From Octopus sinensis (Eukaryota), in assembly GCF_006345805.1 (NCBI RefSeq), contig NC_043000.1, positions 70,246,001-70,310,000 on the forward strand: a stretch of DNA of 64,000 bases. Direction: 5' to 3'. Below the pieces are notes generated by a model. It was not told where the DNA came from. It did not search any database and worked only from the letters and a program-made list of their open reading frames with translations. The translations under genes were made by a program, and so were the position numbers. Position 1 is the stretch's first letter, and each line of letters starts with the position of its first letter. This document shows, piece by piece, positions 25,234 to 37,717 of this stretch.

Positions 25234-27691
25234 GACTAAAACATCGTATCAAATTACTTTCTTTTGGGAAAAGTTCTCAGGCGTTGAAGAGCTTCCTTCA
25301 TATTCATATACAATGTTATCACCTGTGATACACATCAAGTCCTAATTTTCACCGAAATATGACGTTAGAACGTCTTCGCTATGTAGATCCAGTGATATTC
25401 CTGATTCTAAATGTTTCATGCAGCGACTGAACATTCTTACATTAAATCGAATAGCAATCACTGTAGTATTTTGGAGTCTCCCTCCATAAGCAAAGCTTCC
25501 GTCGTCGTCATTAAAAGTAGTCTACACGGACAGATTTTGCAAACCTTATGAGGCATCCATGACTTAGATTTGTTATAAAGTTACTGTCCAAAATTTCAGA
25601 TATGCTTTTTCACAAACCCAGTGACCTCTTCCTTTTGTTTTTACCACAACTATAACAACGCATTAGAAATATATAGGCAGCTTCTTCGGGATGAATTCGT
25701 ATTAATCTGTAACAAAGATTAGATTATAGGTGGTGCTATTAAGTTAGACATGGCCTGGACCAATCTTTGGTCGAAACATATCTAAGTTTATCTAAGTTTA
25801 TAAGATTATATTAAAGACTAGATTGGATAAAAGCAATAAAAAGATAAATCTAATCATTCTGCATATATAAGCAACTACAGATCATATTGGAGTAAAATTG
25901 TTATTTATTTGAAGGCGATTCGCTAAATCAAAGCCTAGAACCAATTTAGCAAAACTTAAATCATTTTTTTAAGACTCGATACCAACAAATATCTTGAGTT
26001 CGTTCAAATATTCTTAATACTTAAGCTAACTTGTATCCAAGCACTAAAACAGTGAAATGTCTGAAATTAATATTTCTGACTGAAATACCCACCCAGTTTT
26101 ACTCGATATTTCTCTTAATTATTTTCATTGTATTATCTGAATTTACAATTAAATTATTTCTAAACCACGATGCTATACATGCACTAAATAGAATACTATG
26201 ATTCCAAATTCTATAAACTTTCCTAATTTAAAGAGCTATATTTCTAAATTTCAAAACAACCTTTTCCTACCATAAATTTTATATTACATTATTAATATCG
26301 TCGTCTTTAACACCGCATTTCTTGAACTTTCAAAAGTACCCGCGCAACATAACAATTCTTTTTCATGTTTGCACCCTTAGCAACAAAATCTACTACGTTA
26401 CCGAGTTTTCCATGCAAGGACCCTAAATTGTAATATTATTTTTCATCATTTTACTTTGAGCTTAATCTTAATCATTCTTTATTACAATACTAGGACACAT
26501 TACACCATATTCAGAAAGTTATAAGCAATATCAACTTAACAAATCATCATCATGATATTCTGTGTGGAACAGAATGCTTGTGATGTTTAGCTACTCCAAA
26601 TTCAGAGTACTTGTGTTAAGTATACTAATCTAAAAAGACACAGAATCGTTGGGATCCATTTCCTGATCATTTTCTCCTCCTTCAATTTCATTTTAACGAA
26701 AAACAATCTTCGCAGAAGAGTAATAGTTTATGTTCTATTTAATTCTGCATTGATACATCAAACAACAACTCCACCATGTGATTTCAATTAGTAACAAGTA
26801 GTACTTTTGTCAACATTCCTAAGAAAATATATATTAAATAACTGACAGTTACAGAAAAATGGTAACCACATTTAGCTCCGTTTGCTTGCTTTACTGTATA
26901 TGTCATTGCTCCTATGACAAGCTATTCATAATACCAGCCGTAGTTGTTCTGTTACCTCAAAATTCTAAAATAACTATCTATATATGCGGATCATATTAAA
27001 ACAAAAATAGTATATTTTATTCAAAATTTTTACTAATTCTTGATTATGAGCAAAGGAGTTTTGGGTTTTTGACATCTTGTAATTGATTCCTTTGGCTATC
27101 TTCTTATCTCGTGCAAGTTTATTATTGGAGTCTCTGACAAAAAATGATTGACGTCATGCTCAATGACAATTAAGTGAAATCAATAATTAATAAATCAGGA
27201 TTAGATTATTAAATCTTTAGTTTATTTCCCTCAAATGCTTTTCAATAAACATTTTTAATGTAATCATTCTAACCATCAACTCAACTTCACCTACCACTTT
27301 TTCATTCACTAGAGGATAAATTTAACAAGAATCGTTACGTAGATTTAGATACGTCATCTGTTATTTGGCCATGGATTCGATTATTTAATTTGCGTGACCT
27401 CCGGCAACCATCAACGCGTTGTTTTCATGTATTATTCAAACTGAACCATTCATTTCTATTTATTTTAATTATACATATTGATAAATATGCATGGCATGAT
27501 ATGTTTCATGTCGTACTTCTTTTCTACAAAATAAAATAGATTCTTTCTTATCAATATTTCTCTAGAGATGTAAAATCTGTTTTTGAAGTCATGCCTTTCT
27601 ACGTTGTCTTTCGTGTATACATATAATACATATATATATATATATATATATAATATATATATATAGGAGGCCAAAGTGCACGTACGCCGTT

Positions 27692-27730
<39 letters not shown>

Positions 27731-27778
27731 ATATATATATATATTATATATATAGGAGGCCAAAGTGCACGTACGCCG

Positions 27779-27854
<76 letters not shown>

Positions 27855-28929
27855 CAAAATGGGACAACAAAACATCCAGATAGACGATACAAAGAAAACA
27901 AGGACGGGTCATTCGGAGTTTTCTTTCCTCAGTCAAGTACCAGATCATCCTCGCAATTTTGGCTGATTATACTTGAGATTGCTCCAATCTGGCCAGCCCC
28001 AAGTAAAAACTAAGCTAAGAGCTTTAGATTCCTTGGAAGAAAGCAGCGAATGTATACAAAATCAAGGACGGAAGAAACGGACGTTACACAAATACAATAA
28101 AAATAATAACAGGACATAACAACAGGTGTCTTTCGACTAAGGACGAATTAAATTAAGCTGGCGTGTGTGGCAATGAAGCCTTACGGCAAGGATAGAAGAT
28201 TTCGCAAACACAAGGAGAAATATCAATGTTGCACGAACAACAGTCAGGCCAAGAAAGAAAGAACAGGCTTAGCCGAACGTCGGTCACATGGGAAGGGAAG
28301 AGAGAGAAGTAGAGGCAGAGGGACAGAAGAATTAAGGAGGTGCGAGAAAAAAATGACAGGGACACAGTGAAGTGAAAAGTGGAGGGAAGTGAGCAAGAAG
28401 AGAAGGCAAAGAAAAGTGAGAGAGGGGGAACGAAAGAACGTAGTGTGAAATGAACGAATAAGCGTGAAAGAGCTGATAGACAGAAATAGAGTCGTACAAG
28501 ATTTAGAAAAATGTATACTTATATGTAAGAGACCAAAGTGTATGTAGCGGCGTACGTACAATTCAAATAAACGACTAAAAACGGACATGAGTACATGAGT
28601 ATGTATATATATGTGTGTGTGTGCGCGCGCGTGCGTGTGTGTGTGTGTATGTATGTATGTATTTATGTATGTATGCATGTATGTATACATTATCTTCGCA
28701 ATTTCGTTATTTTGCAATTATCAATCCGTAAGTTGTCATAAAAGGACTCAGAGCTTCAAATGCCGGAGCTAAGAGCTACGATGCATTTTCATCGGCTATT
28801 TTGACTATAGACGCTATGAAAAAAACCGTTGAATAAAATGGAAGTTACTCTAATAAACAGAAAAAATTATAAAAGATCAAAAATAAAAATTATAAAAATA
28901 CATGAAACCATATTCTCACAACACATATA

Positions 28930-29237
28930 TAAAACCTTCTGCGTGGTCGAATACACATTTTCATTATTGGTACTCTCAAATTTATAATTGAAATACTATA
29001 CTGAAGACGGAAATAAGTGAGTAACACTGATATTTTAGATCTCTTTAATCCAGAAACGCGTATATAGTTGATCAGAACTGGGTAGATTCGTTATTTTTTC
29101 TCTTTGCTTGCGTGAGTTGGGAGTATTGCTGTCTAGGTGATATCTTATGGTAGTGGAATAGTACTTAACTGCTATTTCTAAATTTCGGTGTGTGGTGAAG
29201 CAATTTTGCTGAACCCTAATTATAATTATGCTTATAA
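28930..29237 (+). mobile_element. Penelope terminal-repeat-like element (left part; resumes at 31137 after the Chapaev3 insertion)
   Basis: Same family as 3400-4040; the sequence order continues across the insertion (GCTGAACCCTAATTATAATTATGCTTA-TAA|TAA-TTATAAAAATATTTG). Confidence 0.75.
28995..29068 (+). ncRNA. Type I hammerhead ribozyme motif (GUA triplet)
   Basis: ACTATA-CTGAAGA-cGGA...TCCa-GAAA-CGCG-TA-TATAGT; 6-bp stem I; palindromic stem III. Confidence 0.7.
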
Positions 29238-31136
29238 CACTGGTCAACAAAATGAAAATGTTTTATTTATCAGAGTTGCTGATTGACTTTTCTAGGTTAA
29301 TTGTGGATGCTGATTAACAAATCTGAAGTCCTATTTCCTCTATCAGGTCACATTTTCGTGTTAATGATACCTACTGTTTTAACTTATAGGATTCGTAAAG
29401 CATGTCTATATAAAGTATATTGAATACAAGATACGATAATTTCATGCCTTTTTATTGTACAAAATTAAAATTATCGTGTACAAATAAGTTTGAATACACT
29501 AAAATGCATAACAACTTAAAACCTTTGGGATTTGGACTTTCTATGGTGTTTTCTCTCAGGTTCATCCCTGTATAACATCCAAAAGTAGTCAGCTAACATT
29601 CCTGCATTCCAAAATCTTTGATATCATTGTTCCATCGATGCAATATCTTGATGAATTATTTGAATTGTACGTACGCCGCTACGTACACTTTGGTCTCTTA
29701 CATATAAGTATACATTTTTCTAAATCTTGTACGACTCTATTTCTGTCTATCAGCTCTTTCACGCTTATTCGTTCATTTCACACTACGTTCTTTCGTTCCC
29801 CCTCTCTCACTTTTCTTTGCCTTCTCTTCTTGCTCATCAGACATTGCTCCAAGGTTCTCTGCAAAAAAAGTCCAGATGTGAATCAAGGAAATGGACTTTT
29901 AGTGACATCTGACAGCCCTTGGCAGCGTAGGAGTCTAGAAGACATTTCACTCCATTTCTAAACTCTAGAGATCTCTTGTTGCCTAGGAAATTTTCACAGA
30001 GCCATTTGAAGGATTCCCAGGCTTTAAGCTCAATCTCATCCAGTGCTGTGAGGAAGTGGTTGTCTTTCAGGAGTTCTTTTACCTGCGGACCTATGAATAG
30101 GTGATTTTTGGAAAATTTGGCCTTCACATATTCAAAATCTTTTGAGCTTTTCCTAAGTGTCTTCACGAATTGTTTCATGAGGCCAAGCTTTATGTGAAGA
30201 GGGGAAGAACATTTTTCTGGATTTAAAAGTGGCTTACTCTGGACGCTAGAAACTCCCGGCTCATATGATTTTCGCTAAGGCCACTCTGATTGCACATAGT
30301 TCTTGTTAGTTGCATGACTGTCCCATAGGCATAAAAGCAAGAATATTTCGTGAACCCAGATTGCATTCCCATCAACATTCCAATCACGTTCAAGTCTCCA
30401 TATATTTTCCAGCTGTATACTTTATCGCATTGAGGAGTACTTGCGTGTATTCATAACACTCCTTCATGTACACTGAATGTCCTATAAGAATGGATGGTTT
30501 CTTATTGCCGTTATGTAGTAGTACTGCTTTGAGGCTTCTCTTAGATGAATCATTCAGCTGGAACCTGTTCTTGGAACTAACAGCGAAATAACTCATCAGT
30601 GTTATTACTGAAACAAAGTGGTCCATCAACAGAGAATCATGAAGTCAAACCCCTATTTCTCTTCCTGAAATGAGTAACACAAACATCTTTCTTAAGCAGA
30701 CACTAGTAGGCTAATAGTTCAGCTTTATCCTTCGACAATGATAAATCTCTAACTAAATCATTTAACTCTCCTTGAGAAAATTTCTGTGGTACGTCTTCAT
30801 TTTCAATCGTGAAATCTACATCCACTTTGGTGTCTTCCACAGTAGTAGTATTTTCTTCAGGAAATACATCTTCGTCAGACATCTGAATGCCACAAAATAT
30901 TATGAAAACATAAAATTACCAAATTAATACAAATAGTTATAAAACAAAAGTCAGAATTTACCTGTATAAGACGTTTACATGTAGCGATATTGCTGATGGG
31001 AGTTATATACTTCTCTTACGTCATCAGAAAAACTGTGCCTGATAGAAGTAAACCGATTACATTTTTGAAATCAACTGACAAACTACATATAAAACACCAT
31101 GCAATGTCCCTGATGAAAAATGGTTGTTGACCAGTG
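29238..31136 (-). mobile_element. Chapaev3-type (CMC) DNA transposon, internally deleted, with TAA target-site duplication
   Basis: TIRs CACTGGTCAACA / TGTTGACCAGTG; 3-bp TAA on both sides; peptides SLKAVLLHNGNK, MKQFVK, NFLGNK, MSLKVHFLDSHLDFF, ENLGAMSDEQ and HQDI. CAC termini with a TWA TSD are characteristic of Chapaev3. Confidence 0.85.
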
Positions 31137-31564
31137 TAATTATAAAAATATTTGTATAAGGTTACCGATAACGGTTCTTTTAACATTCCGAACTACTTGG
31201 TAAAATTATTAATTGGTAATTGATTAATTAATTTGACCCTTTATTATTATTGATAATATAATCCACTCCTTGATAGTAAACTGCAGGTTCTGAGGGATTA
31301 CTCGTAGCACACGTGGGTGATTGGGGAAGAGGGATATAAGACATTTGATGGCGCTTGGTCGAATACACATTTTAATTATTAGTACTCTCAAATTTATAAT
31401 TAAAATACTTTGCCTGAGTATTGCTGTCTGGGTGACATCTTATGGGTGTTGAATAGTAATTAACTGCTATTTCTAAATTTCGATATGTTGTGAAGCTATT
31501 TTCTATTTTCCTGAACCCATATTATAATTATGCTTATAATTATAAAATTATATATATATGTATG

Positions 31565-31633
<69 letters not shown>

Positions 31634-31676
31634 TACATATATATATATATATATGTATATACATATATACATATAA

Positions 31677-31760
<84 letters not shown>

Positions 31761-31771
31761 ATATATATATA

Positions 31772-32168
31772 CTAGCAGTATCGCCCGGCGTTGCTCGGGT
31801 TTGTAAGGGAAATAACTATATAAGCATTTTTAGAGAGTTATAGCCAAAAAATAGCAAAAAAATGCATTAAAAATGGAAAAAATTATGGTAAATTTCTTTT
31901 TAAATCGTTGACACATGGTAGATATTTTTAGAGAGTTACTTCCCTTATATAATAGCGAAAAAATGCATTAAAATGGAAAAATATGACGGTAAATTTTTTT
32001 AAATCGTAGACTCATCGTAGACGCGCGCTAATACCCAGAAGGGCTCCATATGACTCACGACTATAAGATACCCGGTTTTGGTTACACTGCACCGCAAAAT
32101 GTGGGATTAGTTAGGAATCTAAATCGTAGGAGACAGACAGCACACAACCTCTCTTTTATATATAAAGA
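31772..32168 (-). mobile_element. Non-autonomous Helitron
   Basis: Minus strand begins A|TCTTTATATATAAAAG and ends in the hairpin CCCGAGCAACGCCGGG followed by CTAG|T. Confidence 0.85.
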
Positions 32169-32989
32169 TATAAGTCACGTAGTTATATACACATACTTTG
32201 TTATATACACATTCTTAAAAGAAAATGTTATTTTGAATACAACATTTATAAAGAATAAAATATTTTTTGGTTTTTCTTCCTTTCGTTACTATATTTCTGA
32301 CCAAAATACACCCCTTATGTGTTTCAATTAATTTCTAACGTAATCATAAATTTAGTCTGGTTTCATTAAACAACTATAACTTTTTTATTTATGAATATAT
32401 TAATCTGATATTTGGAAGATAATTTAGTGAAATGTTCTCAACCAATTCTATACTATAATTTTTGTCACAAAGTGACTCTAATTGCAGGTAGATACAGGTA
32501 AATTCAACAATATATAAAATTATTAAAATTTTGTTCAAACATCGCTATAGAAAATGGGTTATTAGCTAATATTCAATTGGGTATACAACAAAATTTTACG
32601 ATAGAATTTGTTATTCTGGGTAACTTTCTGATACCCATAATAATATTTATGGCAAAATAGGCCTTAATTTAATTTAAGGTTGGGGGAAATAACAAACTAT
32701 CCTTTCTTTCGCTTTGTTTACGTTTAGCGTAATGATTTCAAATAGGCTCATTCGAAAAAGTAAAAAGAAATAGTTTAAGGCTTTATACTCTTCTGTGAAA
32801 GTCTGTGGCTTGGTGCAGTTTCTTCAGAAAAATCACCGAAAGAAACAGTTTTTAAATTTTCACTCCATTCAGGTACCAATTCATTTTCTTAATCGCTGTC
32901 GGATTCACTGTTTTCACTTTAATAGCTGCAAACTTGCAAAGACAAAGGAGGAGAAGGGTGATAGCGTCAGTGAAACAGTCGCTCCCTTT

Positions 32990-33484
32990 GTGTGTGTGTG
33001 CGTTTGCGTGTGGTGTAGCCCACATTAAGAAAAACATTTGACATATACACCAGAATGTGAGTTTTCTCTAAATTTTGCTTAATTGGGGTTGAAATTTTAA
33101 AAACTGGACCTGGCATGACCCGATGCATTCTACTCTTAAAACTGCTAGGTAAATTGTAATTCAAGAAATCCTATATTGTAGATTTCCATAACTTACAAAG
33201 GGAGGCAGATAAAATCTGCCTTTTATAATAAGATATATATCTCTTATTATAAAAGGCAGATTTTATCTGCCTCCCTTTGGGAGTTATACAAATCTACAAT
33301 ATAGCATTTCTTCAATTACAATTTACCTAGCAGTTTTAAGAGTACAATGCATCGCGTCATGCCAGGTCCAGTTTTTAAAATTTAAACTCCAATTAAGCAA
33401 AATTTACAGAAAACTCACATTCTGGTGTGTGTGTCAAATGCTTTTCTTAGTCTGGTTTACAGCACACGCAAACGCACACACACA
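32990..33484. repeat. Head-to-head palindrome of a second Helitron-like 5' end (about 245-bp arms)
   Basis: Centre TTTTATAATAAGA-TATATATC-TCTTATTATAAAA; each arm starts TC(TC)TTATTATAAAAGGC after a TA spacer. Confidence 0.8.
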
Positions 33485-33939
33485 GTGGGCAACGAATAAA
33501 ATGAAAGTAATTCACTTACTGTAGTGAGTGATTCTTTCACTCTGCCTCCCACTTCCACTTTCCACACATAGACACGCAAATATATAAATAAAATTGTAAG
33601 CTAACGTGCGTGTGTGTGAGTGTGTGTGTGCGTGTGTGCGCGCGTGTGTGTGTGTGTGTGGGTGCGTGTGTGTGTGTGTGTGTGCGTGTGCGTGAGTGTG
33701 TGACAGGAAAGTTTTTTACGACGAATATAACACCTATATCCAAGTAGCAGAAAGATAAGACAGTAAGGTGTGATTTGAGGGAGATTTGGCTGCTATTTCT
33801 ACCATGTCTAGCTGCCATGTAGGGGTCTCCCTCATAGGCTCATACATACATATATACATAGATAAGACAGTAAGGTGTGATTTGGGGGAAATTTGGCTGC
33901 TATTTCTACCAGGTCTAGCTACCATGTAAAGGTCCCCCT

Positions 33940-34170
33940 CAATTCTTTTATTCTTCTGCTTTTTCCAGCCATTGGTCTGTGGCCATGCTGGGGCAATGCC
34001 TTGAAGAATTGTAGTTTAACTCCAGTTCAACTCCAGTTTTATTTTTGTAAGCATTGTACTTATTCTATCTGTTTCCTTTGTCAAACCACTAGGTGACAGG
34101 GATGTAAACAAACCAACATTCGTTGTCAAGCAGTGGTGGAGGACAATCACAAGCACAGACACGCACACAC
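33940..34170. mobile_element. Degenerate SINE-like interspersed repeat
   Basis: GGCCATGCTGGGGCA...TACTTATTCTATC...GTAAACAAACCAAC...GTTGTCAAGC followed by a (CA)n tail; resembles a repeat I recall from cephalopods; not verified. Confidence 0.5.
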
Positions 34171-34198
34171 ACACACATACATGCATACACATATACAC

Positions 34199-34229
<31 letters not shown>

Positions 34230-34247
34230 TATGTGTGTATATATATA

Positions 34248-34506
34248 TTGCAGCGTGGAAGGTGTTTGTAAGCCATTTAAGAAACACACAAAAACCGTTA
34301 CATTCACTTCAACATTTAAATTTAATTTGCCAAAATATTTTCGTCGCTTTCAGACCGCGACCTGTTCACTGACAAAAATATCGTGCTAACAGGTCGCGGT
34401 CTCAAAGCGACGAAAATATTTTGACAAATTAAATTTAAATGTTGAAGTGAATCTAACGGATTTTGTGTGTTTCTTAAATGGCTTATAAACACCTTCAACG
34501 CTGCAA
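34248..34506. repeat. Foldback palindrome (119-bp arms, 21-bp spacer) with degenerate HHR geometry
   Basis: 34248-34366 is the reverse complement of 34388-34506; the minus strand reads TTGTCA-GTGAACAG-GTCGC..GCGAC-GAAA-ATAT-TT-TGGCAA. Confidence 0.85.
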
Positions 34507-34669
34507 CTGTTTTCGTTCCAGCACACGATCTCAGATCAAGTCACTTGCTATGCAAGTACATCTCTGTAACTATATATATATATTATATATATATATATAT
34601 GTATATTGGTAAAAACAGTAAGATAACAAAAGAAAGAAAGAGACCTCAATATTATGTAAATAGAGGAAA

Positions 34670-35062
34670 TCTTTATATATAAAAGTGAGGTTGTGTGTCT
34701 GTCTCCTACGATTTAGATTCCTAACTACTCCCACATTTTGCGGTGCAGTTTAACCAAAACCGGGTATCTTATAGTCGTGATTCATATCGAGACCGTCTGG
34801 GTATTAGCGCGCGTCTACGATGAGTCTACGATTTAAAAAAAAATTTACCATCCATTTTTCCCATTTTTAATCCATTTTTGACATATATAAGGGAAGTAAC
34901 TCTCTAAAATTTATTATTAAATCTCAGAACGTAAAAAGCTACAGTAACACCCCTCCCCCTTTGTGGTTAGCCATATTGAGATGGCTATTATACTTTACAT
35001 CTCTAAAAATGCTTATATAATTATTTCCCTTACAAACCGAGGAACGCCGGGCGATACTGCTA

Positions 35063-35063
<1 letters not shown>
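34670..35063 (+). mobile_element. Non-autonomous Helitron (same family as 31772-32168)
   Basis: A|TC start, subterminal hairpin, CTAG|T end; the shared internal block TCGTAGACGCGCGCTAATACCCAG lies on the opposite strand. Confidence 0.85.
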
Positions 35064-35158
<95 letters not shown>

Positions 35159-35771
35159 TATATAATTTTATAATTATAAGCATAATTATAATATGGGTTC
35201 AGGAAAATAGAAAATAGCTTCACAACATATCGAAATTTAGAAATAGCAGTTAATTACTATTCAACACCCATAAGATGTCACCCAGACAGCAATACTCAGG
35301 CAAAGTATTTTAATTATAAATTTGAGAGTACTAATAATTAAAATGTGTATTCGACCAAGCGCCATCAAATGTCTTATATCCCAAAACCGAATTTATGTAG
35401 ACGAGTGAGAACTTGCATTCTTCCCCAATCACCCACGTGTGCTACGAGTAATCCCGCAGAACCTGCAGTTTACTATCAGGGAGTGGATTATATTATCAAT
35501 AATAATAAAGGGTCAAATTAATTAATCAATTACCAATTAATAATTTTACCAAGTAGTTCGGAATGTTAAAAGAACCGTTATCGGTAACCTTATACAAATA
35601 TTTTTATAATTACACTGGTCAACAGCCATTTTTCATCAGGGACATTGCATGGTGTTTTATATGTAGTTTGTCAGTTGATTTCAAAAATGTAATCGGTTTA
35701 CTTCTATCAGGCACAGTTTTTCTGATGACGTAAGAGAAGTATATAGCTTCCATCAGCAATATCGCTACATG

Positions 35772-35803
<32 letters not shown>

Positions 35804-35984
35804 CTTCTTCAGTTTCCATCTACCAAACTCACCCACAAAGCATTATTCAACACTGGACTATAGTAAAACACACTTGCTTATATATATGTATATATATGCA
35901 TATATATACATACATACATACATACATACATACATACATACATACATACATACATACATAAATTGCGTAACTAACAGTCGGAAG

Positions 35985-36942
35985 GGGAAGGGATAAACTA
36001 CCTGCATCAACTTGCTATAAAAGCATAGTCTTATTCATAGTGCAAGTTTTAAAGATGGCAGCTCGATTTTAACAGTTAATTTTTCAAAGTTATAATGGAA
36101 GTGACAAAGGAACATATTCGGCATATTTTGGTGTATGAATTCAATAAAGGCAACAATGAAACGGAAAATGCGAGGAATATTAATGCAGCATATGGAGATA
36201 GAAAAATAAGAGTAAACCAGCGTCAACGCTGGTTCCAGAGATACCAATCCGTAAACTACAGCCTTGAAGACGAGCCTCGTCCTGGAAGATCTGTAGAGCT
36301 CGACGAAGATATCCTGGAAACCCTAGTGGAAAAAAATTGCATCGTATATGTTGAGGACCTAGCAGAGAAGCTTGGATCTGGTCATTCAACCATTTATCAA
36401 CACCTCAGTGAATTGGGTCAATGGGTTCTTCACAAACGTTCCAAGTCTAATCGCGCCCAGAGTGTGAATGTGTGCTTTTATTTGCTGTCACATCTCACGA
36501 ATGAACCTTTTTTGACCGAACAGTGACTGGTGACGAGAAATGGGTTCTCTGACCAAACGATAACAAAGGCGATCTACTGCGAGATGTTTAAGCGGCTTAA
36601 GTCAGCGCTAGAAGAAAAGCTGGAGCAGTTTTAGTAGGAAACGATGCCCCAATAACCATATTTGCTGGACATTACCCCATCTGAGGATCATTTATTCCGC
36701 AGTCTTCAAAATTATTTGGACGGAAAAAATAGGAATTCTGTAGAGGTCAGAACAGTAGTGGAGGAGTATTTTTCGTCACGGACAAGTGAATTTTGGAAGA
36801 GGGGCCTTGCAAGTCTACAGATAGATGAAAGAGCATTGTAAAAAATAAAGGAGAGTATATTTTAGATTAGAAAAAAATTTTGTTTATCTTAATTTTGAAA
36901 AATAAAAGTATAAAAAACCTCATTATTCATGAGATGATCCAA
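35985..36942 (+). mobile_element. Mariner remnant (copy 1)
   Basis: HIRHILVYEF...WFQRY...LEDEPRPGR helix-turn-helix region, VTGDEKW, HLFRSLQNYLDGK; internally deleted; right TIR ends GATGATCCAA+TA. Confidence 0.85.
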
Positions 36943-37062
36943 TATGTATGTATGTATATATGTATGTGTGTATGTATGTATGTATGTATGTATGTATGTA
37001 TGTATGTATGTATGTATGTATGTATGTATGTATGTATGTATGTATGTATGTATAAAATTAAA

Positions 37063-37503
37063 TTAGGCAGCAGTTTAGCAATGTAACACCAAAGAGAAAC
37101 ATTATAATTTTCTTTAAACATGACAGATGGTGTTAGAAACACCTACAATGCTAGAAATAAGAACTAAAGTGCTTTGAAGCTGCAGCTGACGCACATACTT
37201 TTATACATACATACTGACAACGACTGTAAAAGGCCGAAATCGGTAGGCGTAATATCCCCAAACCGTTGATAGTTTCGGCTTTAAGACCGAAGCCTCTTCA
37301 GTAAAGTCGGTACAACTCGCCAGATTCCAGATTCCATATATTTTTATGGAGTATACATATTTATTGGTAGCCATCTTATCTGGAATCTGACGATTTGTTT
37401 TGACCCTACTGAAGAGGCTTCGGTCTTAAAGCCGAAACAGTCCACGGTATTAGAGATATTACGACTGCCGATTTCGACCATTTATGGTCCCTGTCTGTAC
37501 ACG
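37063..37503. mobile_element. HHR-bearing element with inverted partial repeat (opposed hammerheads at about 37262-37305 minus and 37405-37455 plus)
   Basis: CTGAAGA-GGCTT..AAGCC-GAAA on both strands; diverged inverted arms 37232-37332 and 37382-37479; duplicated at 38796-39235. Confidence 0.75.
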
Positions 37504-37504
37504 T

Positions 37505-37536
<32 letters not shown>

Positions 37537-37717
37537 CTTCTTCAGTTTCCATCTACCAAACTCACCCACAAAGCATTATTCAACACTGGACTATAGTAAA
37601 ACACACTTGCTTATATATATGTATATATATGCATATATATACATACATACATACATACATACATACATACATACATACATACATACATACATAAATTGCG
37701 TAACTAACAGTCGGAAG

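Larger units (their letters stand above)
23100..26054 (-). mobile_element. Old Chapaev3-type DNA transposon remnant, interrupted by a mariner
   Basis: Frameshifted minus-strand peptides FVKKA(Y), SWMPHKVCKIC, GQQNGFTNYPCFSC, KNFLGNHK, HFLHSH, QDIEVIE and, beyond the mariner, QGR...GYCWG; a CACTG-type end at 26050-26054. Boundaries approximate. Confidence 0.65.
30976..35773. repeat. Large nested inverted repeat (outer arms 30976-31555 and 35155-35773)
   Basis: The outer arms are reverse complements with a few SNPs and one indel of about 36 bp. Confidence 0.9.
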
